A DNA stretch of 64,000 bases from Bacillota bacterium (GCA_963929525.1 CAWVJB010000097.1:22914-86913), one strand, 5' to 3'. Positions 36,553 to 46,141 are shown, counted from the stretch's first letter. Made by a program: numbers and translations. Notes: generated from the sequence alone by a model not told the origin.

Positions 36553-36792
36553 TATTTCTTTTCTCCTTATATGATATTTAAAAGATTCGTAATTTCTTGT
36601 GCGTAATAACCGAATCCATCGTCATCTAGTTCTCTTCTTATTTCTTTTAATTTATCTGTTACTTTATCTAATATAGATTCTTTTTGTTCTAAATATTGCA
36701 CTAACTTTCTTTTTCCATATTGGGTTAATCTATCTTAAAAAAATAATTTTTTAATTTCTTCTATTTCTTCTTTATTCATTAGTCAGTCCTCC

Positions 36793-37257
36793 TTACCTTA
36801 ATACTGGTATTCCACAAGCATTACTATCTTTTTTCTTTAAGCCTTTTCTATCTAATTTGAAGTAACTCATATTTTCTCCAAGTGGTCTCGGTTCTGGTAA
36901 ATCTATATCATCTTGCCAATTTATGTGTTTAGCCATTCCTCCACATTTACATCTTATTATAAATGGACATGGCATTATTTTATCTTTTCCTTCAACACCT
37001 ACTTCAAGCCACATTTTCCAAGTCTTTCCACATTCTTCGCATTCATAAGTCATTGCACCATGTACTAAAGTAATCCCCATTTCTTCTTCTATTTTTATTA
37101 AAGTTCTTATTTTCTCCTCGTTTTTTAATATTTCTTTTTCTACTTTTTCTTTTCTCTGCTTTTGTAATTCTTCTATATTCTCAATACTTATTCTATTTCT
37201 TCTTCTTTCCTTTGCTCTTTTATTTCTTGCATAACTCATCTTTATTCTCCTTCCCAT
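36793..37257 (-). CDS. hypothetical Zn-finger protein
   Basis: 154 aa. CEECGKTW...CPFIIRCKCGG Cys cluster. Confidence 0.4.
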   Translation of the reverse strand: MGRRIKMSYARNKRAKERRRNRISIENIEELQKQRKEKVEKEILKNEEKIRTLIKIEEEMGITLVHGAMTYECEECGKTWKMWLEVGVEGKDKIMPCPFIIRCKCGGMAKHINWQDDIDLPEPRPLGENMSYFKLDRKGLKKKDSNACGIPVLR

Positions 37258-37478
37258 GCAGCATCATTTATTTCAAGAAATTCTAATAAATCTGCATAAC
37301 AATTTTCACATAATACACACATCGTTCTTGTTGTTTGCTCTTTTCTAACAATTATTGTTCTTTTATTTAATACAAAATCTCCACACTTTGCACATATTCT
37401 TCTTTCATCTTTTTGTATTTTTGCTAGAAAAGAATTTAGTTCTTTGTCAGTCATTTGTTTTATATCTGTTATATTCAT
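37242..37478 (-). CDS. hypothetical zinc-ribbon protein
   Basis: 78 aa. CAKCGDF...CVLCENC. Confidence 0.4.
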   Translation of the reverse strand: MNITDIKQMTDKELNSFLAKIQKDERRICAKCGDFVLNKRTIIVRKEQTTRTMCVLCENCYADLLEFLEINDAAWEGE

Positions 37479-37480
37479 CT

Positions 37481-37759
37481 TTATTCTCCTTCCTCTAACA
37501 TTTTCATCATTAAATTATAGTCCTTTAATTCTGCTACTGATTTCGTTGTCCATATTGATAATACTTTGTAATCTGTTTCTGTTTTTGGTGGTATGAAACT
37601 TATTATTAATCTGTCATACACATAATTCCATCTATCTTCTGGTGCTTTAAACCTTAAACTATATTCTATGTTTTCTATGTTAGCCTCTATTTCTCCATAT
37701 TCTTCATTTTCTTTTAAAACTTCTTTTATTTGCTCTAATACCTTAAATATATCTCTCAC
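37481..37759 (-). CDS. hypothetical phage protein
   Basis: 92 aa ORF. Confidence 0.35.
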   Translation of the reverse strand: MRDIFKVLEQIKEVLKENEEYGEIEANIENIEYSLRFKAPEDRWNYVYDRLIISFIPPKTETDYKVLSIWTTKSVAELKDYNLMMKMLEEGE

Positions 37760-37815
37760 TATTATTCTCCTTTCTCTAACAATTCTGGGTTGTCATATAT
37801 GAAAAAAGAGTAGCA

Positions 37816-38565
37816 TTACCTACTCTTTGAAAATCTTCCATTTTTCCTTGGCTGTTTTTTAGCAATATTACTAAGTTTTTTCTTTGTTTCTTCCGAATGC
37901 TTTCTCGGTATCTCTTTAAACTCATTTATATCACTTATTAAGCCATTTCTTAATCTTTGCCATTGTAATTTATAATGTTTATTACATAATTGCATTTTAC
38001 TATTTGTCATTTCACAACAACCAGGATATTTGCATTTTTTTCTTTTATTTCCTTTATGTTTTTCTTTTTCATTATCTTCATGATATTTTGTATGCTCGCT
38101 TTTTGTCATTAACTCTAAATTATTTATGTCATTATTAGTTTTATTTTTATCTTTATGATGTACATCTTCATTTTTTGACAAAGGTCTTCCAATATATTCA
38201 GACATAACTAATCTATGTTCTAAGACATATCCTTTCTTGTTTGCATTTGGATTTTCTGGTTTCCACACTTCAACATATCCTTGTTTATTTATTCTTCTTC
38301 CACCTCTATTGTTAAATCCTTTTTTCCCTTTATGTGCTTTTATTGAATTTTCTAAGCATTTTTTTAATGGAAAAGGTTTACTTACTTCCATCCCTGCTGC
38401 CTTTAATGCTTCTCCCCAACTTCCAAATGCTGTCCTAAATGACATTTCACTTGGCAAATCTTTTCTGGAATTTATGTATCTTTTTGTAGGTACTTTTCCT
38501 TCTTTCTCATATATATTTTTTAAAATTTCTATTAATTGTTTCTGTTTAGTATTCACAATAATCAC
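37816..38565 (-). CDS. HNH homing endonuclease
   Basis: 249 aa. GYVLEHRLVMSEYIGRPLSKNEDVHHKDKNKTNNDINNLELMTKSEHTKYH = HNH_3 motif. Basic C-terminus. Confidence 0.7.
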   Translation of the reverse strand: MIIVNTKQKQLIEILKNIYEKEGKVPTKRYINSRKDLPSEMSFRTAFGSWGEALKAAGMEVSKPFPLKKCLENSIKAHKGKKGFNNRGGRRINKQGYVEVWKPENPNANKKGYVLEHRLVMSEYIGRPLSKNEDVHHKDKNKTNNDINNLELMTKSEHTKYHEDNEKEKHKGNKRKKCKYPGCCEMTNSKMQLCNKHYKLQWQRLRNGLISDINEFKEIPRKHSEETKKKLSNIAKKQPRKNGRFSKSR

Positions 38566-38638
38566 CTCGTTGTTATCTTATCATATTCATATACTTATTG
38601 CAATACTATTTTATCTTTTTATCCTGTGCTTATATCTC

Positions 38639-38968
38639 TCATCTTTCTTCCTCTACTTTCTCGACTAACCCTGCTTGAATTAAGTCGTATAATTTATCTA
38701 TTGTATCTTTAGATATTCCTATATCATAATCATTTGAGATTACATATATTTCTCTTTCTTTATTCATGTGTTTCCAGTCGCTATTTTCTCTTTTTTCTAA
38801 TATTTCTATTGTATTTAATCCATTGTCGTATTTATATGTAGTTTCTGTATAATAATCTTCTTTACCATTTTCAAATAAGCATTTGTGTGTCCTAGAATAA
38901 TTTTCTGTCTTTTCAAAGCCAAACTTTTCTAATTCTTTTAAATCTACACTATCTTTTATTCTTAACAT
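38639..38968 (-). CDS. hypothetical phage protein
   Basis: 109 aa ORF. Confidence 0.35.
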   Translation of the reverse strand: MLRIKDSVDLKELEKFGFEKTENYSRTHKCLFENGKEDYYTETTYKYDNGLNTIEILEKRENSDWKHMNKEREIYVISNDYDIGISKDTIDKLYDLIQAGLVEKVEEER

Positions 38969-39333
38969 TCTTCCTTTCTCCTCACTGTATAACAGTTTGC
39001 TTGGTATTGTTCTTTAGTTAGTATTGTTTCTATTTCATTTTCTTCAAATGTATATCCCTTAGCTGTTACAAAACAATCTATAGTATCATAATGTTTACGT
39101 GATTGTTTTAAATCCATAATTATTTTATGTCCATTTACATAGTCTCCTACTTCTATTAGATCTATTAAATTTTTAGAATGTTTTGCTATATTTTCTATCT
39201 TAAAAGCAAAAGGTAATTCAAAGTTCATTTTTACATATATTGTGTCTTGATTGATTCTTATTACTTCTCCTATTCCCAAAGCAATTAATCTAAAATCATT
39301 ATTTATTCTTACATATTCTCCTACTTCAATCAT
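38962..39333 (-). CDS. hypothetical phage protein
   Basis: 123 aa ORF. Confidence 0.35.
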   Translation of the reverse strand: MIEVGEYVRINNDFRLIALGIGEVIRINQDTIYVKMNFELPFAFKIENIAKHSKNLIDLIEVGDYVNGHKIIMDLKQSRKHYDTIDCFVTAKGYTFEENEIETILTKEQYQANCYTVRRKEEC

Positions 39334-39863
39334 TCTTCATACCTCCAAATAAATCCATGTGATTTTTTATATTTTCCTTGACAACAAGCTATTATATTTG
39401 CAGTATTTATTTTTAATTTATCTGCCGCCTGTTTTATTGTGTCCCAAGTTCTAATAAAATTCCCATTTAAATCATATTGTTCAACTTTTCTACTCCTGTT
39501 GTTTTCTCTTCCAAATCTTTTTTTATTTAAACCTATTTTCCAGGCCTCATTTATATTATATTTGCAATCGCACCATTCTAAGTTTTCTATACTATTATCC
39601 AATTTATTTCCATCAATATGGTTAACTTGTGGTAAGTTTTTAGGATTAGGTATGAAAGTTTTTGCCACTAACCTATTTACCCTTTCAGTTTTTGTTTTTC
39701 CATTTTTAGCTAGAGACACCTGTAAATATCCTTTTTTGTTCTTTGTATATGTTAATATCTTCTCTTCTTTTACAAATTTTCTTTTTAAACTTTTTGTTCT
39801 TCCTAAATTGCTTACTTGATATAATCCTTCATATCCTTCAATATCTTTCCAAATTTCTTGCAT
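39330..39863 (-). CDS. NUMOD4-HNH homing endonuclease with C-terminal NUMOD1-like DNA-binding motif
   Basis: 177 aa. WKDIEGYEGLYQVSNLGRTKS (NUMOD4), NHIDGNKLDNSIENLEW (HNH), IKQAADKLKINTANIIACCQGKYKKSHGFIWRY (IENR/NUMOD1-like). Confidence 0.8.
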   Translation of the reverse strand: MQEIWKDIEGYEGLYQVSNLGRTKSLKRKFVKEEKILTYTKNKKGYLQVSLAKNGKTKTERVNRLVAKTFIPNPKNLPQVNHIDGNKLDNSIENLEWCDCKYNINEAWKIGLNKKRFGRENNRSRKVEQYDLNGNFIRTWDTIKQAADKLKINTANIIACCQGKYKKSHGFIWRYEE

Positions 39864-39876
39864 TATGTTTCTCCTT

Positions 39877-40248
39877 TCAATTGATAATCGGATAATTTGT
39901 CTTATTAATTCCGTCTATCATCTTGTTTAATTTTTCGTTTTCTTCTTTTAATTGTTCTATCTCTTTATCTTTTATCATATTTTCTTTTTGTTGTCGCTTA
40001 AACATTCCTTTGTATGAGCTAACTGTATTTATTAATTTATTCATTTCTTTTTGCTTTTCATTTAATATTGCTAATTCTTGTTTTTGATTATTTCTTTTTT
40101 CTTCTAGATGCTCTATTTTTGCATCTTTTTCTTTTAGCATAGATAAGACTGTTTCTAATGCTTCTTTGAAATTTCTTGTTCCACATATTTCATTAAAATT
40201 TAGATATTTTGCTACTATTTCTATTGCTTTTTCTTCTTCCTTTATCAT
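39877..40248 (-). CDS. hypothetical coiled-coil protein
   Basis: 123 aa ORF. Confidence 0.35.
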   Translation of the reverse strand: MIKEEEKAIEIVAKYLNFNEICGTRNFKEALETVLSMLKEKDAKIEHLEEKRNNQKQELAILNEKQKEMNKLINTVSSYKGMFKRQQKENMIKDKEIEQLKEENEKLNKMIDGINKTNYPIIN

Positions 40249-40442
40249 TTAATCACCTTCTTTTTTTGTTCTTTCATTTCTCTATGGTACTTCTTTAAGA
40301 ACTTGCTAAATGTGTCAAATCCTATGTAAGTCTCATATGTGTAAGCTATCACATTTAATATTAATATTATTAATCCCAATAAAATTGCTAAGCTTACTAA
40401 TCCTCCACATATATATAAATAAATTTCAAATACTTTACACAT
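40245..40442 (-). CDS. hypothetical small membrane protein
   Basis: 65 aa. TM GGLVSLAILLGLIILILNVIAY. Confidence 0.35.
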   Translation of the reverse strand: MCKVFEIYLYICGGLVSLAILLGLIILILNVIAYTYETYIGFDTFSKFLKKYHREMKEQKKKVIK

Positions 40443-40489
40443 ATTATTTATTTCTCCTCTAAAACATTTTCAAAAATTGTTCTTTTGCT

Positions 40490-41218
40490 TTATCTACAAT
40501 AATTCCGCTTTTTATTGTTTGTTTTTATTCTTTTAAGTAAATCTATATATTTTAAATAATATTCTGGCAAATATAAACGCATATTTTCTAATTCTTTCTT
40601 GTTTTTATTTGCACAACACCAGCAGCTTACTCTGTCTAGAATGTCATAAAGTCTTATCCCATTCTCTTTCCAGTAAAATCCTCTATTGTAGCAATACTCT
40701 AAACAATCTGCTTCCGTCATTTTCCAATCCACAAGCGGTAATAATTTATGCTCGTTCCTTTCTTTTTCTATTCTTGTTGTTTCATCATAAGCTATTCCTA
40801 TAAATTCCATATAATCTTTTCCATATTTTTCTTTTAAATATTTTTCAATTGTTTTATTTTTCTCTGTCGTTCCCCATCTACATCTACCACCACATAAACC
40901 ATAACCTTTTTGTACTGTTCCTTCTCTTTTGTGTACTTCTATATTAAGCATTTTGTCTAAAAATGGTACTTTAGGTTTTAGCTCTGTATATTTTATATTT
41001 AATTCTTCTAGCAACTTTTTTATAATATCTCTAGTATCGTAGATAGCTTGAAATTCCATGCCAGTATCGTAAAATATTGCTTCATCTATGTCATATCTTT
41101 TTTCTATAAGTAAAAGTAACATTGCTAAACTATCTTTTCCAAAGCTTACACTTGCTATATATTTCATCTTATTTATTCCTCCTCTAATAATTCTTCTAAA
41201 TCTTCTACTGCTATACAT
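40490..41218 (-). CDS. PAPS-reductase-like PP-loop ATP-pyrophosphatase (phosphoadenosine phosphosulfate reductase family)
   Basis: 242 aa. PP-loop SVSFGKDS near the N-terminus, C-terminal Cys pair (VSCWCCANK). Confidence 0.7.
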   Translation of the reverse strand: MYSSRRFRRIIRGGINKMKYIASVSFGKDSLAMLLLLIEKRYDIDEAIFYDTGMEFQAIYDTRDIIKKLLEELNIKYTELKPKVPFLDKMLNIEVHKREGTVQKGYGLCGGRCRWGTTEKNKTIEKYLKEKYGKDYMEFIGIAYDETTRIEKERNEHKLLPLVDWKMTEADCLEYCYNRGFYWKENGIRLYDILDRVSCWCCANKNKKELENMRLYLPEYYLKYIDLLKRIKTNNKKRNYCR

Positions 41219-41520
41219 TCAAATCCACTTATATTTATAGTTTCATTTTCTATTAAATCTTTTACTTTTTGTTTTGATACAAACTGACTCATATATTCTT
41301 CAAATTGTGTGTTGTCTAAATCTCCCCATTGCTTAAATTCTAGTTTTGCTTCTAATTCTTTTACTCTATCTACTACATGTGCTATTGCTAGTTGATTAGA
41401 CATTCCTATCCAATTTGCATGTTCTGTTTTTATTAGCTCTTCACATCTTTTTATATCTTCTTCTATGCGTATCTCCATATATAACCTCCTGCTGTTTTGT
41501 TTTTTCCTTTTAAGCAGCAA
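41173..41520 (-). CDS. hypothetical phage protein
   Basis: 115 aa ORF overlapping the PAPS-reductase-like gene. Confidence 0.35.
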   Translation of the reverse strand: MLLKRKKQNSRRLYMEIRIEEDIKRCEELIKTEHANWIGMSNQLAIAHVVDRVKELEAKLEFKQWGDLDNTQFEEYMSQFVSKQKVKDLIENETINISGFECIAVEDLEELLEEE

Positions 41521-41982
41521 ACAATTCTTGTTGAAGTGATATTGTTTTCTTTACTTGCAATATTTATTGATGAATATGTTTGTAGTTCTATCATATTTTT
41601 TGTATATTTTTTAACTTTCTTTGCTCTATTCCCTACTTCACTATATTTTCCCTTTGCTAAACCATTCAACCATGCATGTTTTATATTTTCTTTACATGTA
41701 ACCCACTCTAAATTTTCAACTCTATTGTCTGTCTTTATTCCATTTTTGTGATTTACTTGTGGTTTATTATCTATGTTAGGAATAAAATTTTCTGCTACTA
41801 GTCTATGAATCCTCCTATATTTTTGAGATTTATTATTGTTTAAAGTAATTACTCTATATCCATCTTTGTTTATTTCTCCTTTTAATTCTTTTTTAGTTTT
41901 TCTATTTCTAATTTTTCCTAAATTACTAATTTCATATTTTTCAAATCCGCTTTATAATTTTCCATTCTTCTATATTACTCAT
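41463..41982 (-). pseudogene. NUMOD4-HNH homing endonuclease disrupted by a 1-bp insertion
   Basis: ATG at 41982 (GGGGTGG RBS) gives MSNIEEWKIIKRI*. The +1 frame continues GFEKYEISNLGKIRNRKTKKEL...VNHKNGIKTDNRVENLEWVTCKENIKHAWLNGLAKGK...IVCCLKGKNKTAGGYIWRYA*. An extra C in aagCggattt breaks the frame. Confidence 0.6.
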
Positions 41983-42214
41983 CTAACCACCCCAGTTCTT
42001 CTACTTTTTTATTTATTGCTTTTAGTTCTTGAATTGTAATTCCATATTCATTTTTGTCTGTAATATCTAAAATTTCATATTGATAATTAAACGAGAATGT
42101 TTTTGTTAAATCTTCATTTTCCCATTCTTCCCAAAATCTTGAAAAGATAAAATCTAGTTTTTTCTTTTTATATCCTAACTCTTCAAACATCTTATTTGCT
42201 GTTTTATTACTCAT
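41975..42214 (-). CDS. hypothetical phage protein
   Basis: 79 aa ORF. Confidence 0.35.
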   Translation of the reverse strand: MSNKTANKMFEELGYKKKKLDFIFSRFWEEWENEDLTKTFSFNYQYEILDITDKNEYGITIQELKAINKKVEELGWLDE

Positions 42215-42217
42215 TCT

Positions 42218-43171
42218 TTACACCTCTTTGTCTATCAAACTCCAGAATTTTTCTGCTCCATAATCATTTATCAATATCTTTCTTAATTCTTCTAAGCTAA
42301 TTTCTTCTAAATCTTGAATGTTATGCTCTTCACAAAATTTATTAGTTCCATATTGACATGCTCCTGTTATTGCTCTGTATTGTGCTCTATTTACTTTTCC
42401 TGTTCTCTTAATTTCTGCTACTATATTTTCTATTTCTTCATTTTGTGTTTTCTTATATATTAAATCATCCATTGCTTCTTTTAATGTCTCTCCGTGTGCT
42501 GATAAGTCTTTCTCTTTTACTATATAAACTTCTTCATTTGTATTATATAAATCTAATGCTTTTATTATTGTTATTCCTTCCCTCTTCTTTTCTGATATTT
42601 TTATAGTCTTTATATCATCTGAAATATCAACTGGATAAAGCTTTTTATTATATAATGTGTAATATTCTGTTTCTTTCAATATTCTTCCTTTATAATCTTT
42701 ATAATCTTTATTGCCTATTTGAGCTGATATAGCAAAACTTGGTATGTAATTATCATTTTCATCTTGTTCATATTCGCACAATGAAATCCATGTTCCTTTT
42801 TTAGCTTTTATTATAGATTTATAGCCACAAGCAAATCCAACAGAATTGTTTCCATTGATACCTATTTGTGCACTGTTTCCACTTGAACCTATTTGTGCAC
42901 TGTATCCACTTGAACCTATTCGTGCACTGTTTCCACTTGAACCTATTTGTGCACTGTATCCACTTGAACCTATTCGTGCCCAGTCTCCACTTGAACCTAT
43001 TTGTGCACTGTATCCACTTGAACCTATTTGTGCACTGTATCCACCGTTATCATTATTTTCATCATTACTATTTTGTTTTACATTTCTTATAAAATCAATT
43101 AATTTTTCACTAAAGTCACTAACTAATCTAACTCCTAATTTTTCTATTAATCCTTCAAAAAATTCAAACAT
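42218..43171 (-). CDS. hypothetical protein with seven tandem nonapeptide repeats (GSSGYSAQI)
   Basis: 317 aa. Repeats YSAQIGSSG/NSARIGSSG/DWARIGSSG encoded by near-perfect 27-bp DNA repeats. Confidence 0.5.
   Translation of the reverse strand: MFEFFEGLIEKLGVRLVSDFSEKLIDFIRNVKQNSNDENNDNGGYSAQIGSSGYSAQIGSSGDWARIGSSGYSAQIGSSGNSARIGSSGYSAQIGSSGNSAQIGINGNNSVGFACGYKSIIKAKKGTWISLCEYEQDENDNYIPSFAISAQIGNKDYKDYKGRILKETEYYTLYNKKLYPVDISDDIKTIKISEKKREGITIIKALDLYNTNEEVYIVKEKDLSAHGETLKEAMDDLIYKKTQNEEIENIVAEIKRTGKVNRAQYRAITGACQYGTNKFCEEHNIQDLEEISLEELRKILINDYGAEKFWSLIDKEV
42848..43046. repeat. 7 x 27-bp in-frame tandem repeat (cctatttgtgcactgtWtccacttgaa)
   Basis: Units start at 42861, 42888, 42915, 42942, 42969, 42996 with 0-4 substitutions each, plus a degenerate unit at each end. 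Confidence 0.75.
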
Positions 43172-43379
43172 ACTTATTTTTCCTCCGTTTCCATTAAATA
43201 TATTATTTCTTTTAAATTGTCTATCTCAACTTGATATTCTCTAATCTGTTTTTCTTTATTTTGTAATTCCATGTAGTTTATTGCTAATCCTATGTACATT
43301 CCGAATCAAAAATACAACTAATATAATAAATGCTGTTTTTATTTTCTTTTCTGTTTCGTATAAGTTTTTATTAAAATAT

Positions 43380-43925
43380 TTAGTCCTTTTCATTTGATTT
43401 CTCCTCCATTTCAAATTTATATTTATTTAAAATGTTATTTGTTTTTGTATAATCAAATATATCTTGTCTTTCTTCTATAATCTTATCTTTATAGAATTTA
43501 ATTTCTTCATTTATTTCTTTTATAAGTTCTGTATTTTCAAATTTTATTCCTTTAAAAATTTGATTTATGAAATATGGTTCTTCCAAATATTTAAAATTAA
43601 ATCCTCTATAATTAAAATTATCTTGTGGCTTTTCTACATTAACCTCTTCCATTAAATTTTCTTCTAGATAGTCATATATATTGATTTCTTCTGATAGCAA
43701 GACTTGTATTAAGTCTTCACTATCAGAATTATAAAATGTTATGTATGTTTTTTCTTTGTTGCTTGCTATACAAAAATATGTAATTGTATTATTTTTTCTT
43801 TCTTCTTTGATAACCTCTTCTGAATCTATTTTTAATACTTGAAATAAATTTTTGAATCTTTCTTTTTCTTTTATAATTTCTTCATATTCTTTTTTTGTAA
43901 TATATTCTTTCATTATTTTCCCCAC
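43380..43925 (-). CDS. hypothetical phage protein
   Basis: 181 aa ORF, last gene of the channel operon. Confidence 0.4.
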   Translation of the reverse strand: MGKIMKEYITKKEYEEIIKEKERFKNLFQVLKIDSEEVIKEERKNNTITYFCIASNKEKTYITFYNSDSEDLIQVLLSEEINIYDYLEENLMEEVNVEKPQDNFNYRGFNFKYLEEPYFINQIFKGIKFENTELIKEINEEIKFYKDKIIEERQDIFDYTKTNNILNKYKFEMEEKSNEKD

Positions 43926-44527
43926 ATTTCTTCAAAATTTGATTCACTTTCTAATTTATCTAAATCTATTTTTGTTTCTTGTTCTGCAAGTTGAGCATTA
44001 CTTGCATTAAACTCTATATCAATATCTTTTTGTATATCATCTATATTAAATTCTTCAAATTCTCCAAATTGACTTTCATATTCTTTTACTGCTTTACTAA
44101 ATCTATTTTTTGATTTCATTGTTTCTAAATTGTTCTGTAAATTTCTTATTTCTTTTTCATATCTTTCTTTTGCTTCTTTAAATCTTTGAACTATTAATTC
44201 TTGTTTTTGACTTTGCTCTTTTAAAACTATAATTCTTTGTTTTGTTGTATTTAATTCTTCAAATATTTGCTTAGCTCCCTCTTTATCATTTTTTGTTTTA
44301 CAAATCCCAAAACATTTATTTAATTTCTTTTCATTTTCTTGATTTTTCTTTAATTCATTTTTATAAGATTCTAATGCTCCTTGTGCGTTATAATAACTAT
44401 TATTTAAGTTTTTTAATGCTTCCTTTTGTCTGTTTAACCCCTCTTCTATTTTTTCTATATTATCTACCTTCACAAACTTATTAAATATCCTATCAAATAC
44501 TATTTTTAATTTTGTTAATTTTTTCAT
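43913..44527 (-). CDS. hypothetical coiled-coil protein
   Basis: 204 aa, overlaps the K+ channel gene stop by 4 bp. Confidence 0.4.
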   Translation of the reverse strand: MKKLTKLKIVFDRIFNKFVKVDNIEKIEEGLNRQKEALKNLNNSYYNAQGALESYKNELKKNQENEKKLNKCFGICKTKNDKEGAKQIFEELNTTKQRIIVLKEQSQKQELIVQRFKEAKERYEKEIRNLQNNLETMKSKNRFSKAVKEYESQFGEFEEFNIDDIQKDIDIEFNASNAQLAEQETKIDLDKLESESNFEEMWGK

Positions 44528-45243
44528 TCTTCATCATTCTCCTTTTTTTTATTTAATTCTTCTACAAATCCACTTGTTATAATTCCTGTTGGAAGTGCTA
44601 CAAATGCAATTCCTACTAAACTAGATATTATACTTATCAATCTTCCTATTTCTGTTTTAGGACATATGTCTCCATATCCTACTGTTGTTAATACTGTTGT
44701 AGACCAGTATATTGCTTCAAAAAAATTCTTAAAGCTTTGATTTTCAAACTGAAACATTATTAATGCTGAAATGAATATAAATCCTGCTGTAAATCCACAT
44801 ACTACCTCTAATATTTTTTTATTTTTATTAACTACACTTTTGATTATTTCAAATTTACTAGAGTATCTTAATGTTTTTGCTATTCTTAATATTCTAAATA
44901 TACTAAATATTCTTAAAATATATGAACTGTTAAATATTTCACTAAAACATGATAAGATAATTACTAAATCAAATATTGCTGAAAGCGTAAATGGGTATTT
45001 TATAAAGCTAGTTATTCCTTTTTTTAACCTAAAATCTGACGTTATCCATCTCAATATGTAATCAATCACAAATACTATTGTTGTTAAAATTGTTAGAATA
45101 TATGTAAAATTATTTTGTTCTTTAAATGTTAACGGAATTATACTAATCCATATGCAAATTAGTATTAATATGTCATACCATTCGTAATATGTTGTATCTT
45201 TTTCAACTATCTTAAACAACTTTTTTCTTACCATGTTAACCAT
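44524..45243 (-). CDS. voltage-gated-type (6TM, Kv/KvAP-like) potassium channel
   Basis: Selectivity filter TTVGYGD. S4-like helix ILRIFSIFRILRIAKTLR with R/K every third residue. 6 predicted TMs + pore helix. Likely ATG at 45243 (MVNMVRKK...). The track's TTG at 45303 gives a 259-aa version. Confidence 0.8.
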   Translation of the reverse strand: MVNMVRKKLFKIVEKDTTYYEWYDILILICIWISIIPLTFKEQNNFTYILTILTTIVFVIDYILRWITSDFRLKKGITSFIKYPFTLSAIFDLVIILSCFSEIFNSSYILRIFSIFRILRIAKTLRYSSKFEIIKSVVNKNKKILEVVCGFTAGFIFISALIMFQFENQSFKNFFEAIYWSTTVLTTVGYGDICPKTEIGRLISIISSLVGIAFVALPTGIITSGFVEELNKKKENDEE

Positions 45244-45878
45244 ATAGCTAATCCTACTACTCCTCCAATTATTGCTAATATAATAACCACAAATAGTAGC
45301 CAATTATACCATTTCCAACCATCATAAAATGGTTTATTTGCTTTTTCTTCTGTTCTTGCTTCATCTAGAATTTGATCTACTTCTTCTTTACTATATCCTC
45401 TCTCTTCTAATGCTTTTGCTACATCTTGTTCTGTTACTTGTTCTTTGCCAGAAAATATTTGGTCTAACATATAGAATTGAAATATACTATTTGTTAAAGA
45501 AAATCCTGTGTCTGTACTGTATGTTGTATAATATGTTGGATTATTATTAACTATTGTTGATTTCCCAGTTGAATCTGTCTTTGGTTTAACTGTATCATGA
45601 CTAACCGTTGTCCTTCCAGAACTGCTTTTAGTTGTTGTATAGCTTTTTCCTGATGTGCTACTTTTTGTTGTGCTAGATTTTGGTGTACTAGCTTTTACTG
45701 AACTACTTGTACTACTCTTAGTAGAGCTTTTAGGTGTACTAGACTTCACACTACTATGCGAACCACTACTTCTTGCACCACTTGAATGTGCCCTTGCATA
45801 AATTGTTGGAGTTGTTACTCCTATTATTGTTATTATTATTGCTATTGCACTAATTATTTTAATTACTTTATTTTTCAT
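45228..45878 (-). CDS. Ser/Thr-rich bitopic membrane protein (signal peptide + C-terminal TM)
   Basis: 216 aa. AGGAGG RBS. N-terminal signal MKNKVIKIISAIAIIITIIG, long S/T/K low-complexity region, C-terminal TM WLLFVVIILAIIGGVVGLAIWLTW. Overlaps the channel gene start. Confidence 0.55.
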   Translation of the reverse strand: MKNKVIKIISAIAIIITIIGVTTPTIYARAHSSGARSSGSHSSVKSSTPKSSTKSSTSSSVKASTPKSSTTKSSTSGKSYTTTKSSSGRTTVSHDTVKPKTDSTGKSTIVNNNPTYYTTYSTDTGFSLTNSIFQFYMLDQIFSGKEQVTEQDVAKALEERGYSKEEVDQILDEARTEEKANKPFYDGWKWYNWLLFVVIILAIIGGVVGLAIWLTW

Positions 45879-46135
45879 TTATTTTCCTCCTCTAAACCAT
45901 TTATAAATTTCTTTTTATCCTCTTCTGATAATTCTTTTATAATCATTCCAAACTCGCAAAGAGATTTTCTAAATTTTTCAATGCTATTTTGTAAAGTAAA
46001 AGTATTGATATCTATTTCCAAATATTTTGGATTTGTTTCTAGTCTCTCTAATTGCCCTGCTTGTAAAAATGTCACTTGTTCACATTTTCTTCTGTCACAT
46101 GTTAAGAATTTTGCACAATTATTACATTTATTCAT
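45875..46135 (-). CDS. hypothetical small protein with CxxC motif
   Basis: 86 aa. MNKCNNCAKFLTCDRRKC. Confidence 0.4.
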   Translation of the reverse strand: MNKCNNCAKFLTCDRRKCEQVTFLQAGQLERLETNPKYLEIDINTFTLQNSIEKFRKSLCEFGMIIKELSEEDKKKFINGLEEENK

Positions 46136-46141
46136 TTTCTA

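Noticed and set aside
42848-43046. 27-bp tandem repeats considered as a CRISPR-like array
   Set aside because: Units are directly adjacent with no spacers, in frame within a protein-coding gene, and translate to a regular nonapeptide repeat.
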